Source: Pecten maximus (Eukaryota). Taken from it: DNA of 64,000 bases. The position numbers and the translations under genes were made by a program. Below are positions 52,601-64,000 of this stretch, piece by piece. The notes beneath the pieces were generated by a model that was not told where the DNA came from, did no database searches, and was given only the letters and a program-made list of their open reading frames with translations. The stretch spans positions 23,622,001 through 23,686,000 of the forward strand of contig NC_047018.1 in assembly GCF_902652985.1 (NCBI RefSeq), read 5' to 3'. Numbering within the stretch: the stretch's first letter is position 1; each line of letters starts with the position of its first letter.

Positions 52601-55600
52601 AGAGATATGCATGAGTGATCACAAAATAGACGCAAAATCCGGTTCTCAGCATTGAATGTGGCTCATATCATTGCGGCTTCTTTTATCAGTTTTGTTTGGT
52701 ATATCATCCGTGAATCAAAATTCGGTATACGCACCGTCCCGGTTTGTAAGTGTGACATTTCATAACTTTGACTTCAAATTTAACATATGCCAACAGTGGA
52801 ATAGCCAAAATAATGTACAATCTTATAAACTGTCAGGATAGAATTAGTAGACTTTTGAGTACAGAAATGAAATATAGAATTTCAGTTCATCATGGTCAAG
52901 TAATCCTGTTTTATTTCAAAGTTCCAAGATTAAAATTGTAAGTCTACAGATTTTTCAAATGAAACGGTATTCATGAAACATTTATACGTATTACGCCTTG
53001 AAGATACTGAACATTTTAAATTTAGGATCCAGGCTTTTGTATGTCCGTTTTCAAACATATATATGTAGGTACGGTTTTTGCCACCTGCCATCATAGTATT
53101 GTCAGACTCCTAATCGTCACCGAAGACAAATGGATGTCTATGTAGGTGGTGGGCACGTATAGAAATCTGCGAGACAAATGATTCTCATTTGACCAGTGGA
53201 AAGTATTTCTGTCACGCCCGTTTGACGAATGTTGAGGTCCAAATCTGGTCCACCTCTGGATCAAAGGTCATCTGTGAATGGAGTGACCAAAATGTGACTC
53301 AACATAGAATATGTAGGCTATGTGAATCTGATATATCACGGCCGTTATAAATCGTGGAAATAACATATATCTGTTAAAGGCCACGTATGTTTATTTCGGT
53401 AGTTTTTTTCGTAGTGCTGTATTTTTTTCAGGTGTTATGTCCTACCGCTGACATATGATATTACTGAAATGTTTTAAGATGGTTTAAACGAAAGCATGGA
53501 GTACTCACTAAATGGTCTAATCCTAACCGACTTGCATCTTAAAGGAATTTTAAAACAAAATTCAACGCAAATTATATATTATCTATTTTTTTTTTATTAA
53601 CTTTCAGTAGTATTTAACTATTCAAATAATTTGTTTTGTCGCAAAAATATCATATTTCCCAGAATGGATGGGAAAACAAAGGATAATATAATATAAAGAC
53701 CACGTATATATAAATATATATGCTTAATTACAACACCGGGTGGGCAGTTTAAATGCCATACATTCCTTTATTTTATTGAACAATTTTAAGTACGTGTAAG
53801 TCGATCTCCACTTCACATCTGCTTCATTTTGAGCTAAATAAAATAACACACAAATATTATGATTGTTAAGATATTATTGGGATGGGTATCCAATCAAAGA
53901 TAAAACTTCAATAAAAATATGTTGATGTTTCAACCGGATGTCATTATTTTCATATGTCTCCTGACCAAGGTCAAAGTCCAATTTAAAATTGTCCACTTCT
54001 CCACAAACATTCACATAATTCAACATTGTATATTGGAATGTTGTGATTGGATTCTAATTGTGACCAAACCACAACGCTTGTACTCACAATGGGCACAGCA
54101 TTTCTTTTAATTGTAATCTAATAGGCTGTCTAAGAGGTTTCCCTGGACAGTTAAGTGGTACTACCTGTTGCCTATATAATCACAACTGGAAGTCCATTAC
54201 ATCTAGGGCACTATGCTATCAACAAGATTGTTTCACTTTCGTGTTTGGTATTTGTTTGAACAAGAGTAGTCGAAAGCTTTCAATTGATATAGCATATGGA
54301 ACAAAGGAAATAAATGTGAAGATATTTCAAGAGTATTCTATTATATAGTGGAGAGGAATCCAGAATGACTGATTGATATTACTAATAGGAAGTCACTAAC
54401 GGAGAACGATATAAAATGACTCATTAAATGTTTGTGTTAGATCTCCGGAGTAGCACGATCGCTACAGCAATTATCACTAGTCTCTTATTTTAACTGCATA
54501 TTAAACTTGTCGTGTATCTCGCCATCCCATACAACAACGTACACCACCCGCACTGCAGGGAGTCATTTGTGGTGCATATTCCTGGCCAGGTAATCATGAT
54601 ATCCCTCTTATGAACAAGTAAGCTAACGTCGGTGAAAATAAAAACACGAGTTGCCACAAACCATTAACGATGGTCAACGTATCATGAGCAACACACGACT
54701 TATGATTTATATTTCATCTTCACGCGATTGTCACGCGACAAACACTGTCGTTAAAGGTGATGCCTTGCTGATTTCGAGTATAACAAATGACCAAGCGGTT
54801 GATATAAATTGCCGTAATAAAGAAGCCGGTTTCTTAAATTTCATTTGAGTCGCCTTAATTCGACAGATACAAGAAATTAACTGCAATCGATACAAGGTAT
54901 AGATGTAATAAGATATAGAACAGGACTGGTGTTTTGTATACGCCTCAAGGAATATCGAAAATCCAGTTAGAGTAGATGTATATAATCAGACTAAACCTGA
55001 CGCATTTATGCGTCTTTAAATTCTAAAGAACGAATGATTTAATTAGACAGAATTGATTTCATCAAACAATCGTTCCTTCAATCGAATTTTCGTTTGTTTT
55101 CTGTATCCGTTACTTAGTGATGTTTCAGTGCTTTTCTAACTTATTCTTCAGCAGATAGACATATGTCGTAAATATGCTAATTTAATCAGCTGTTTGTCAA
55201 CGTTTGCATGTCTGTCATTTACTTAGATTTTACTCTTTTTCAGCAGGAAAAGCATTCAATATATACATACATTTTTTTTATCCTACCTTATAACAACAAA
55301 ACTAGCTCGATTTATTTTGAACTATATTTGTATTACATTATGATCGCCTAAAAAGAAATACTCGAAGTATATACATGTACCACTGCACCACATCTACGTT
55401 CAATATATAAAACTTTATCAATATATCTATATATCCTCGATTTTGTCGCATAAACAAACGCATGCAAATTCCTTGAAAGAAAACGGTCGTCGTATGGTGA
55501 CTTTTGATATATTTTATAATTGTATTTATAACTTTTGTTGCATATAGCTTACATGAACAATTAAAATATTAATTATGTGCAAGTATCCAGATTCACGAAC

Positions 55601-58574
55601 TAAGACTTTAGCTGCCTTTTAATTCTCCATATACATTTCTATATAAAATTGTGCCAGTGAATGTACTGTCGTTATATATACAAAATATATAGGTTTATTC
55701 ATCATTAATACAAAATGATGAGTTAGATTAATTCTTCCGTCTGATAGTGCGCGTAATCCAATATACAGTGTATAGTGGTTTTATAGTGTGTTACACCCTA
55801 TCACTACAACTGTACGGGTAAGAATTTACCCCTGAATCACACACCCGTATTACCGTCTGACGTACGAGTTCTGGTCTGTCACGATGGCCCATCAGTCATA
55901 CCAAACAGATGATCAATCGCTGTTAAATATATGCTATCATGAGCATTGGTCGAATAGCCAAAGTCTACATAGCTTTGCAAAAGTACAAGCATGTTCCCCC
56001 TATTTTCCATCGAATCACTATTTATAAAAACATATTTAAAATCTTGTTTAAAAGCAGTATGTTGAATACCTTATTATGCAACCTAGTTGATATGTTAATG
56101 AAAATAAAGACCGTCTATTTTATATTGACGTGATTGCTGACAAGCTAACATGACTAGTGTCTAATACTCGTATAACCTTACAAAGGAGGAAGTGCGATAG
56201 CCTCTCATTCCTTACGTTTGGAATTTTAATATTCCATCCCGAGAACGTTTCAGTTATCAACGTTTTATGACAAAAACATACCAAAGAAACGGTTTCTGAC
56301 AAAATGGTGCTACATCTGTTCGTAAATATGTAGTTAGTTATTTCAAACTACTATTGGCATTTCCTGGTGTTTACTTTATAATCAGCTATTCATATCATTT
56401 GGGTAATTAACTTTAGCTGAATAAAATTAACTCTCCTCAAAGAGACGTCCTGACAAATACAAAATGTACAAGTACTAATAGATAAATTTGCGCAAGACCT
56501 ACATTGTGTTTTAGGAAACCATCCTCTCAACGAATAGGATACGGAAAAAGATTATTCACTTGACGCTGTGTAAAGGGAGATTTCCTCCAGATAATTATCA
56601 TCATTTTTAAGGAGATAGCATCACATTTATCCCCTTTGACACCATAAACATGTTCGATGAAGACTTAATTACACTAATAAAACCATAGTTGTTATATCCT
56701 GGACTGACGCTTTGGATACCGTCACACTTGGTATGTTCTATAATAACTATCGTAGTCGACTGGAACGGTATTCCTAATAGAAATGATTTTACCTTAATGA
56801 AGGCCAAATATTAATGAGAAATGTTGCTGCCTCCGTCGTAAGTAATTAATAAATTTTAATCTAGCGATAGAACGGCGTCCATTTCATCAATGAAATGATG
56901 CTGTCACTTTGTGTAGGTCCGGGATCGGGTTCATGTATTACAATCTCATATTATATTGTCACGTGGGGGACATTATTAAAAAGGGCAACAAGGTCATATT
57001 GTATCAACACGTTTACTTGATATGGATCCCATCCGTTAAGTTAGTAACAATACCTGTTATTTGGCATTTTGATAATTTTATCCTCCTAAGTTTTGTTTTG
57101 ATTTGGAATATTTATGTAAGTCGTTACATTTTTTAGTTTCTTTCCCGTTTTTACAATTTTGCTTTATATATCTAATCAGTAACTGTTATAATCTATTTAT
57201 ATCAATACATTTTAACGCTTCATCAAAAGATGAGATCTAGTATAATGAGAATATTTGTTTCAATATAATAATTAATCAGATTAGCAGTTACTATGTTGTT
57301 ACGTGAATATATCATTAGTACATGATTCATCGTTCTGTAATAGTAATTACAGCATAGTTAAGACATTTTTCGAAGAAATTCTGAACTCACAATTACGTGA
57401 TGGACAAATTGCCCCTTTAATGCGTGAACTTTCCTAAGAAAAAGGCCACACAAACTTGACTTTGCGAACCGTATTCATTCATCAGGGGTCTTTACCTTTG
57501 ATTCTAGCAGGGCGGATATGGACTCTCGTCATTACGGTTTGGCGTTAGCATCGTATATCTTCATCAACTAAATCTACCAGGTCGTCTGAAAGATTTAGAA
57601 TGAGTCAAAACAAGGGCAATGTGTGGGGATTGTTAGTCATCCAGTTTATAACAAATTAACGTCTCTCGTATATGTGGTGTAAAACTACCGAGGTAAACGC
57701 AGAATAATCCATCTCTGTCCTGTTTTATATTTGGTGGATATTAGTTATAATGGTGCTATCTACTCAAAACAAGAGATAGAGATTCGTAGTGTAGTTCTTG
57801 GTTTAACTATAGAAAAGTCTCTTCACACGAATGTTCTACAATATTTCTACTCGTTTTCATCAAAGTCTTGTTCGCAGTAAATTATATATATAAACTAGTG
57901 TTGTAGTTCATATTTGTTTTCATTTTCTCACCCTTGACGTATACTAAATTGCATTTATTTTTTTGTTTAATTGACAAATTTTGCTAAATTGCAGTAATAG
58001 TAATTATTGCTAATTGTGACAGTAAGTTATTTAAATCGTATAATATATTATTCGAAAATATTAAATAGGTGGTTGTTGTAGACGTCGCGTTAGATAATAA
58101 ATATTCATTATAACGGTAATGGTCCTATTACAAATATCATATTCATGTTTATTTTTTGATACACGGAGTGCTATTCAGAATATAATTATAGCATGTATGT
58201 TATCGCTTCAACGGGATAAAAAGGGATACACATCTACAAGTGTAAATATCAGGTGTGTACCGAGAGTACTTGAGAAGGGTCCAGTCTGTGTCCGCAGGAT
58301 ACTGACCACCAAATCTGTACGTTCGTCTAACGTGATTAGTAGTCTAATAACGGTCAGCTCTGGGCAGTTTACACCTTAGATACATACATGTATAAGTTCA
58401 CCTAGGAAAACTTCTAATCATTCTCACATAGATACTAAACATCCAATGGTACCTTATTAATCCAGAATACTTTTCGATTTAAGATATATTTTTTGCTAAA
58501 AAAGTCAATATTGTACAAATGTTTTCTTTGGATTGCTTCCCTTATATCTTGTAATACTTCTGCATCAGCGAAAG

Positions 58575-58680
58575 CTGACAGCTGTCAGTTAACGTCATCA
58601 CTTGAACAAGCCCCACCTTGATGGATCATCACTTCAGCAGGCTCCGCCCCTTACAACTCATCACTTCTGGTAACCACACC
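58575..58680. promoter_or_regulatory. Candidate cis-regulatory cluster: palindrome CTGACAGCTGTCAG (TALE/Meis-TGIF dimer-type site), ACGTCA half-CRE, Sp/KLF boxes
   Basis: Perfect 14-bp palindrome at 58575-58588 with GCCCCACC and CTCCGCCCC within ~70 bp, in otherwise AT-rich DNA. Confidence 0.3.
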
Positions 58681-61600
58681 TCTATGTTTATCGCATCCAT
58701 TGATCTAAATATGCTAGTGTAGCGTAGGTTACTTCTCAGTGGAGCACAGAGAACATCACACATGGTGTCTAGCGTGGTTTTAAACCACATCACCGCTTTT
58801 AAAGCTAATTCTAACTACCAGGCACTCTTCATCACATGTGTTAGTTATTGTTGGTAATCATATTATCAAACAGTTTTGAAATTATTTTTCTTTCTTTGAA
58901 AAATATATTTGTAGGATTATCATATTTTTGTCAAAGAAAAGAGAATTTGAAATATATAGTTTATGCTTCACATATCATAATGTCCATATCAATGTAGAAA
59001 TGTGGACACGCTATTTAAAACTTGGTCAAATTAACAGAATTTAGGTCAAAAGCCAAAAAAAGAATTCTCGTTCTAGATAGAATACAAATTTTATCTTTAG
59101 TATATCCAATGTAATAAATCAATTAAGTCTTAATTTAGTATGCAACTAATTAACGCTTAAATGATCAAGAAAGAATTGAAGATAATTATGGTAATACATA
59201 TAATTGTATAAGCAAAAGATACTTCAATTAGTTGGTGATGACATAGTTCCGATTAACGTATCTCTAGGGAATTAAAACACTCCGAGCTTTCTGTTAACTA
59301 ACCAACATCTCAATTGATGGGTAATACATCTATTGCAGCCAAACGAGGTTTCATGTCGAAATATATTGAACAGCACGTTCTTTTCGCCCAGGAAGGGCTG
59401 TTGATGACATTAAAAATATCCTGTGAGCATGTTATATTGGCTTACCGCATGTTTACACGGTTTTTCTCGACTATATGACATTCATGTTATGTTTTCGCTG
59501 TTAAGTGATGCGATTATATTTTAAGATTTTCCTTAATTTTTATTTATTCATTTATGTGCTGAAGAGTAATTATGATCGATTGAAAACAAGTATAAGCTGT
59601 TGTATAACTTTACACAATGTATTCGTCTTCAAAGGTTTGAGCTTCTAATTTTATTTATTTAAATTTAAAGTGTATAAATTAATGTAATGCAGGAAATTCT
59701 ATCGTGTTAGTTAACTTTTGGTCTGACAAGCGATCAATTTAGGCCACTGATATACTTGTTTTCCTTTATTGGTCATGGTTGGGTATATTTCGATATAGTA
59801 GGTGGCATTTCAGGCTCTAAACGCTGTCGGCGCTGTAGTAACTTTGACTAAAAGTAAAACTTTACATCAGAAGACAACATATACTCAAAAATTATTTTAA
59901 AGGCCGCCATAACATACAGACTATAATTCATTCGTGTTCGACACTTTATAAAATATACACATGTGTATCTAACTTCTCTCTGTGCCATGATCAAAAAGAC
60001 ATCGTAACAAATTATGCAATCATGCATGTAACCACTTCAACAAACAAAATAACACATGTAGTTTACAAGTGTAGATCTACACTCGCGTAAACAAGACAAT
60101 AGACGATGTAGCAAAAGTCATTCATAGTCAATATTTCTAAAACTCTAACAAACTTATGAATATATATGTAACTTTAACATGTAAATTATCTTAGAAATGC
60201 TATCCGATAAACTTTAAAAGTTAAGTTGTTAATAAAATCTGTTTGTAATTCTAACGTAGAAATTGATTTCTATTGTTCCGACTAATTTCACTTTATGTAA
60301 CGTCACACCACTCACAATCTCTCAGTTCCCAGCATTTGTGTGTAATTTAAACAGACACGGAGTATTTTTCTTGTGTTTATATTCACAAGGAATAGTTTTA
60401 CTGGGATTTAAATAGACGACGAACAATTGGTAATGCCTGTATCATTAAGTCCTCAAAAGACATTTATTTGAGTCCATAAATCCTCCACAGTCGTTCGTCC
60501 ATCGTTTTACATTTTATACAAACGGGAAAATACTAATTTCCAAAACGCGACAATAGCCGGATTTTTGCGTGACGAAGCATTCAATACTCTTCATACCACA
60601 TAAAACCTCCTTCCCCGCCCAATCTTTATCCGGATTCCGGTCGAGGTGTTAACCATTAGAGGCTAAGATTGTCAGTTCCTTTCAGAGCTTTTCGCTTCTT
60701 GTTACACGGCTCGACACACTCGGTAAATAGAACTCAGGACAGCAGAAAAACGGTACGGGAGCTGGGTAGATGAAGCAAGAATATTGAACTTCACAGCCAT
60801 CAAATAGGGTTCTTATCGTTGGTAAAAATCTATAATGTACGAGATTTAGAGCGAGTGTATAAGTTTGTATGAATGTTCAATATATCCTGCCCCGAAGAAA
60901 TTTTAAACGGTTTGTGCAGGTTGATCCTTTTCGAAATAGTTTTAATGACAGCGCTTCATCAACGGACCTATATCCCATTACACTTAAAGGAAGTGATCCA
61001 ATCCTCCCGGCAAACGGTTCATATCGATAACACAGTGTTTTATTTGGTAGTTAAAAACAGACTAGCATTAAATAAGCCATTCATTTGGAACTAAATCAAT
61101 ATTACTCTAAAGCCCCATTGTCTTTTTTTTCTTTATTAATTCTGAGTAAAACTTGATAATGTATTAGAAACGGCATGCTATGGTACCATGTAAGTCATCA
61201 CGCATAATCATTTGTTGTTAACAAGCATGAGGATGTTGTAGGATGATCCAATCAACAAAACCCAAAAACAGAAGTAAGCTGACATTTTATGAGTTGTTTA
61301 CATTTAAAATTGTGTTAGCACTGTGTCTATATGACAATAGTTCTGTCATATTCAATGAAGACAAGGAACTGAGCCAATATATGTGAAAAGCTCTGCAGGT
61401 ACCACTTCGATCATTGTTTTAGTGTGTCATAAAAGTGACCAGATAAATTCAGCAATCAGTTACCAAATCAAGTACTTTTTCTAAAGCAAGATTTTATCCT
61501 AATTATTCTAAATTCTGTTCCACAATGTCATTGTTTTTTACGTTTGTGAAATTATGTATTTCTGTATCCACTGTACTGATACCAAAATCAACTGAATATG

Positions 61601-63399
61601 AATGATTTTATTGTATAAAATGTAAGACATATTTCTAGTAACATAGTGCTCTCGTAAAGGTTTGGCTGTTAATGCTGATCAGAAGGCCTGCCGATAATTG
61701 CCTCTAAATCTAGGATATTTACCAGAATCAGTACTTGTTTTAGAGGATATATGTTTACAATACCACAGCGCTGTAACGTTTTCTTAACTCGTCATATACA
61801 CATAGCATGACAAACACGGCAAAACAGTTCAAGTAGACATTATGTCATACCGAAATAATGGCAGATACTAGCAATAATAATATACAAAATGGAGGTGGTC
61901 AGATGAAAGCCGGAATGGTGACAAGCGCGAGCACCACCCAAGACCGAAACCACCATGACAAGCCTGTAGTGTTTATAGCTTGTCGGCCTGGTCACCCATG
62001 CCCGTATCTCACTCTGGCCTACACCTCTCTCTGATGTGACATCTCGCTCCTTTTTTTACGTAGATATTTTATTTTTAGGAAAAAAATAAACATGAAATTA
62101 TGTGTTGTACATTTTACAGAAGAAGCAAACTGATTACCTCGATTCAATACTCTGAAAGTAAATTTAATTCTTAAGAAATTGAAATGTGAATCAGATTCAG
62201 TGACTTCTGCACTTCATCACTGGCCTTTTTGATAAGTGGGTGACGGGGACAGGTATACAAACGTAGAGTTGATAGTGGTAGGTTACGGAGTGTCGATATG
62301 ACGACAGGACCAACTCACTTGACAAATCATTGCGTCTGTTTCGCCATCCAGTGTAATTTGTCATGGAGACATGATTCGACCACAGCTTCCACTGACGACC
62401 CAGCTGAACGGCTGTTGTCCATTGTACAACACCTCAGTGATGACACCACTGGGAGGGTGCCCAATTCTCCAGTCACAAGGTGACTGTGGTATTTTTCTTG
62501 CTTGACATCTCTATCTGGCTCTTTGACGGTATCCATTAATAAGATTCGCTGAAGCATCGGCCATCATTGCTACTAAACAAAAACTTGTATTGTTTTCTGA
62601 TGTCATAGTACCTTATGATACCTGTAATTTTGTACACCTGTAATCAATTACCAAATCACTTTGCATTGCTTACGATCAATGTTGTTTCTCTCTACCACAC
62701 ATACCTGTTGTTACATCATATTCTTCATTACTACTTAGTGGATCCTGTTATACGTCTGTTTCTTTTGTTTCTGTCTAGTTTACTTAAACTTTGTCAATCG
62801 GGTCTTATATAACCATGTGAACACATGCTTATGCGTCGTTTACCAACGTAAGCATTTTGATATATTGCTTCTAAATCAGTCTGCTTTGTTAACATAATTA
62901 CATTGAATACCTTGATTAGGTTTAGAAAGTCTAATAACTTGTAAACATTGTCAACATTAATTTCATTTTTTGGAATAACAAACCTCAAAGTGTCCCACTG
63001 ATTTCCCTGTAGCCTTTCCGTTATGTTCCAGACAAACAACATGATACTATGACAGAAACATGGTATATTTTGGTGACCAATAAACAATAGAATATCCTAT
63101 TTTTTGATGAATTAAATATTTAGGCAGTGCCTGCTACAGTGATGTATTCAATAGTATTTGTGTACATTCCGTCTTAGATCTTCTGTGTCCTGCATACGTC
63201 CATTTGTATGTCTGAAAACGTTATCACGTATTATAGATTTAGGCAAGGGAAAGTTGACTCTACCGGAACGCCTGGTCCTGTCATAAAACATAAGGACGGG
63301 TGGCAAATTTGTGTCAGGAAACTCTGATCCTAATGGTACCTTGTTTTGTGGTATCCGGTGATCCGATTGTTACCCCCACGGTTTTGTAGTATTCCCTGG

Positions 63400-64000
63400 C
63401 CATATTGTTATCTTGTTTTATATTGTCATCTGATCCTATTGTTACCCTGTTTTGTACTGTCCTCTGATCCTATTGTTATCCTGTTTTGAACTGTCCTCTG
63501 ATCCTATTGTTACCCTGTTTTGTACTGTCCTCTGATCCTATTGTTACCCTGTTTTGTACTGTCCTCTGATCCTATTGTTACCCTGTTTTGAACTGTCCTC
63601 TGATCCTATTGTTACCCTGTTCTGTCTGTCCTCTGATCCTATTGTTACCCTGTTTTGTAATGTCATCTGATCCTATTGTTACTCTGTTTGTACTGTCCTT
63701 TGATCCTATTGTTATCTTGTTTTGTACTGTCCTTTGATCCTATTGTTATCTTGTTTTGTACTGTCCTTTGATCCTATTGTTATCTTGTTTTGTACTGTCC
63801 TTTGATCCTATTGTTATCTTGTTTTGTACTGTCCTTTGATCCTATTGTTACCCTGTTTTATAATGTCATCTGATCCTATTGTTACTCTGTTTTGTACTGT
63901 CCTGTGATCCTATTGTTATCTTGTTTTGTACTGTCCTTTGATCCTATTGTTATCTTGTTTTGTGCTGTTCTCTAATCCTATTGTTACCCTGTTTTGTATT
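63400..64000. repeat. Minisatellite, 34-bp unit (TGATCCTATTGTTACCCTGTTTTGTACTGTCCTC), 17 or more copies, running off the window end
   Basis: Visible periodicity; more degenerate units extend left to ~63322. Confidence 0.97.

Noticed and set aside
62298-62557. Overlapping 61- and 76-aa ORFs in a GC-richer patch
   Set aside because: No homology recognised and only weak splice signals; not supportable without transcript data.

Overview
This is AT-rich, gene-poor eukaryotic DNA, most consistent with an invertebrate genome and probably a bivalve mollusc. That assignment is an inference from repeat style, not a database match. There are no prokaryotic features (operons, rRNA/tRNA genes, CRISPR arrays) and no protein-coding gene I can name. 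Every ORF over 140 aa in the track lies in a tandem array and is best explained by stop-free repeat units. About 8.5 kb of the window is minisatellite: about a dozen mostly unrelated arrays with 15-42 bp units, several showing higher-order structure, most clearly a 750-bp (25-unit) duplication in the 7.96-9.8 kb array. Other content: three short inverted-repeat (MITE-like) elements; a heavily decayed Penelope-like retroelement (RT-thumb and GIY-YIG-type motifs read across frameshifts) followed by a degenerate hammerhead-like motif at about 26.9-27.96 kb; a few isolated candidate exons; and candidate cis-regulatory motifs (CTCF-like, TATA+Inr, TALE palindrome). I found no convincing new biological system. 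The findings below are hypotheses ranked by interest.
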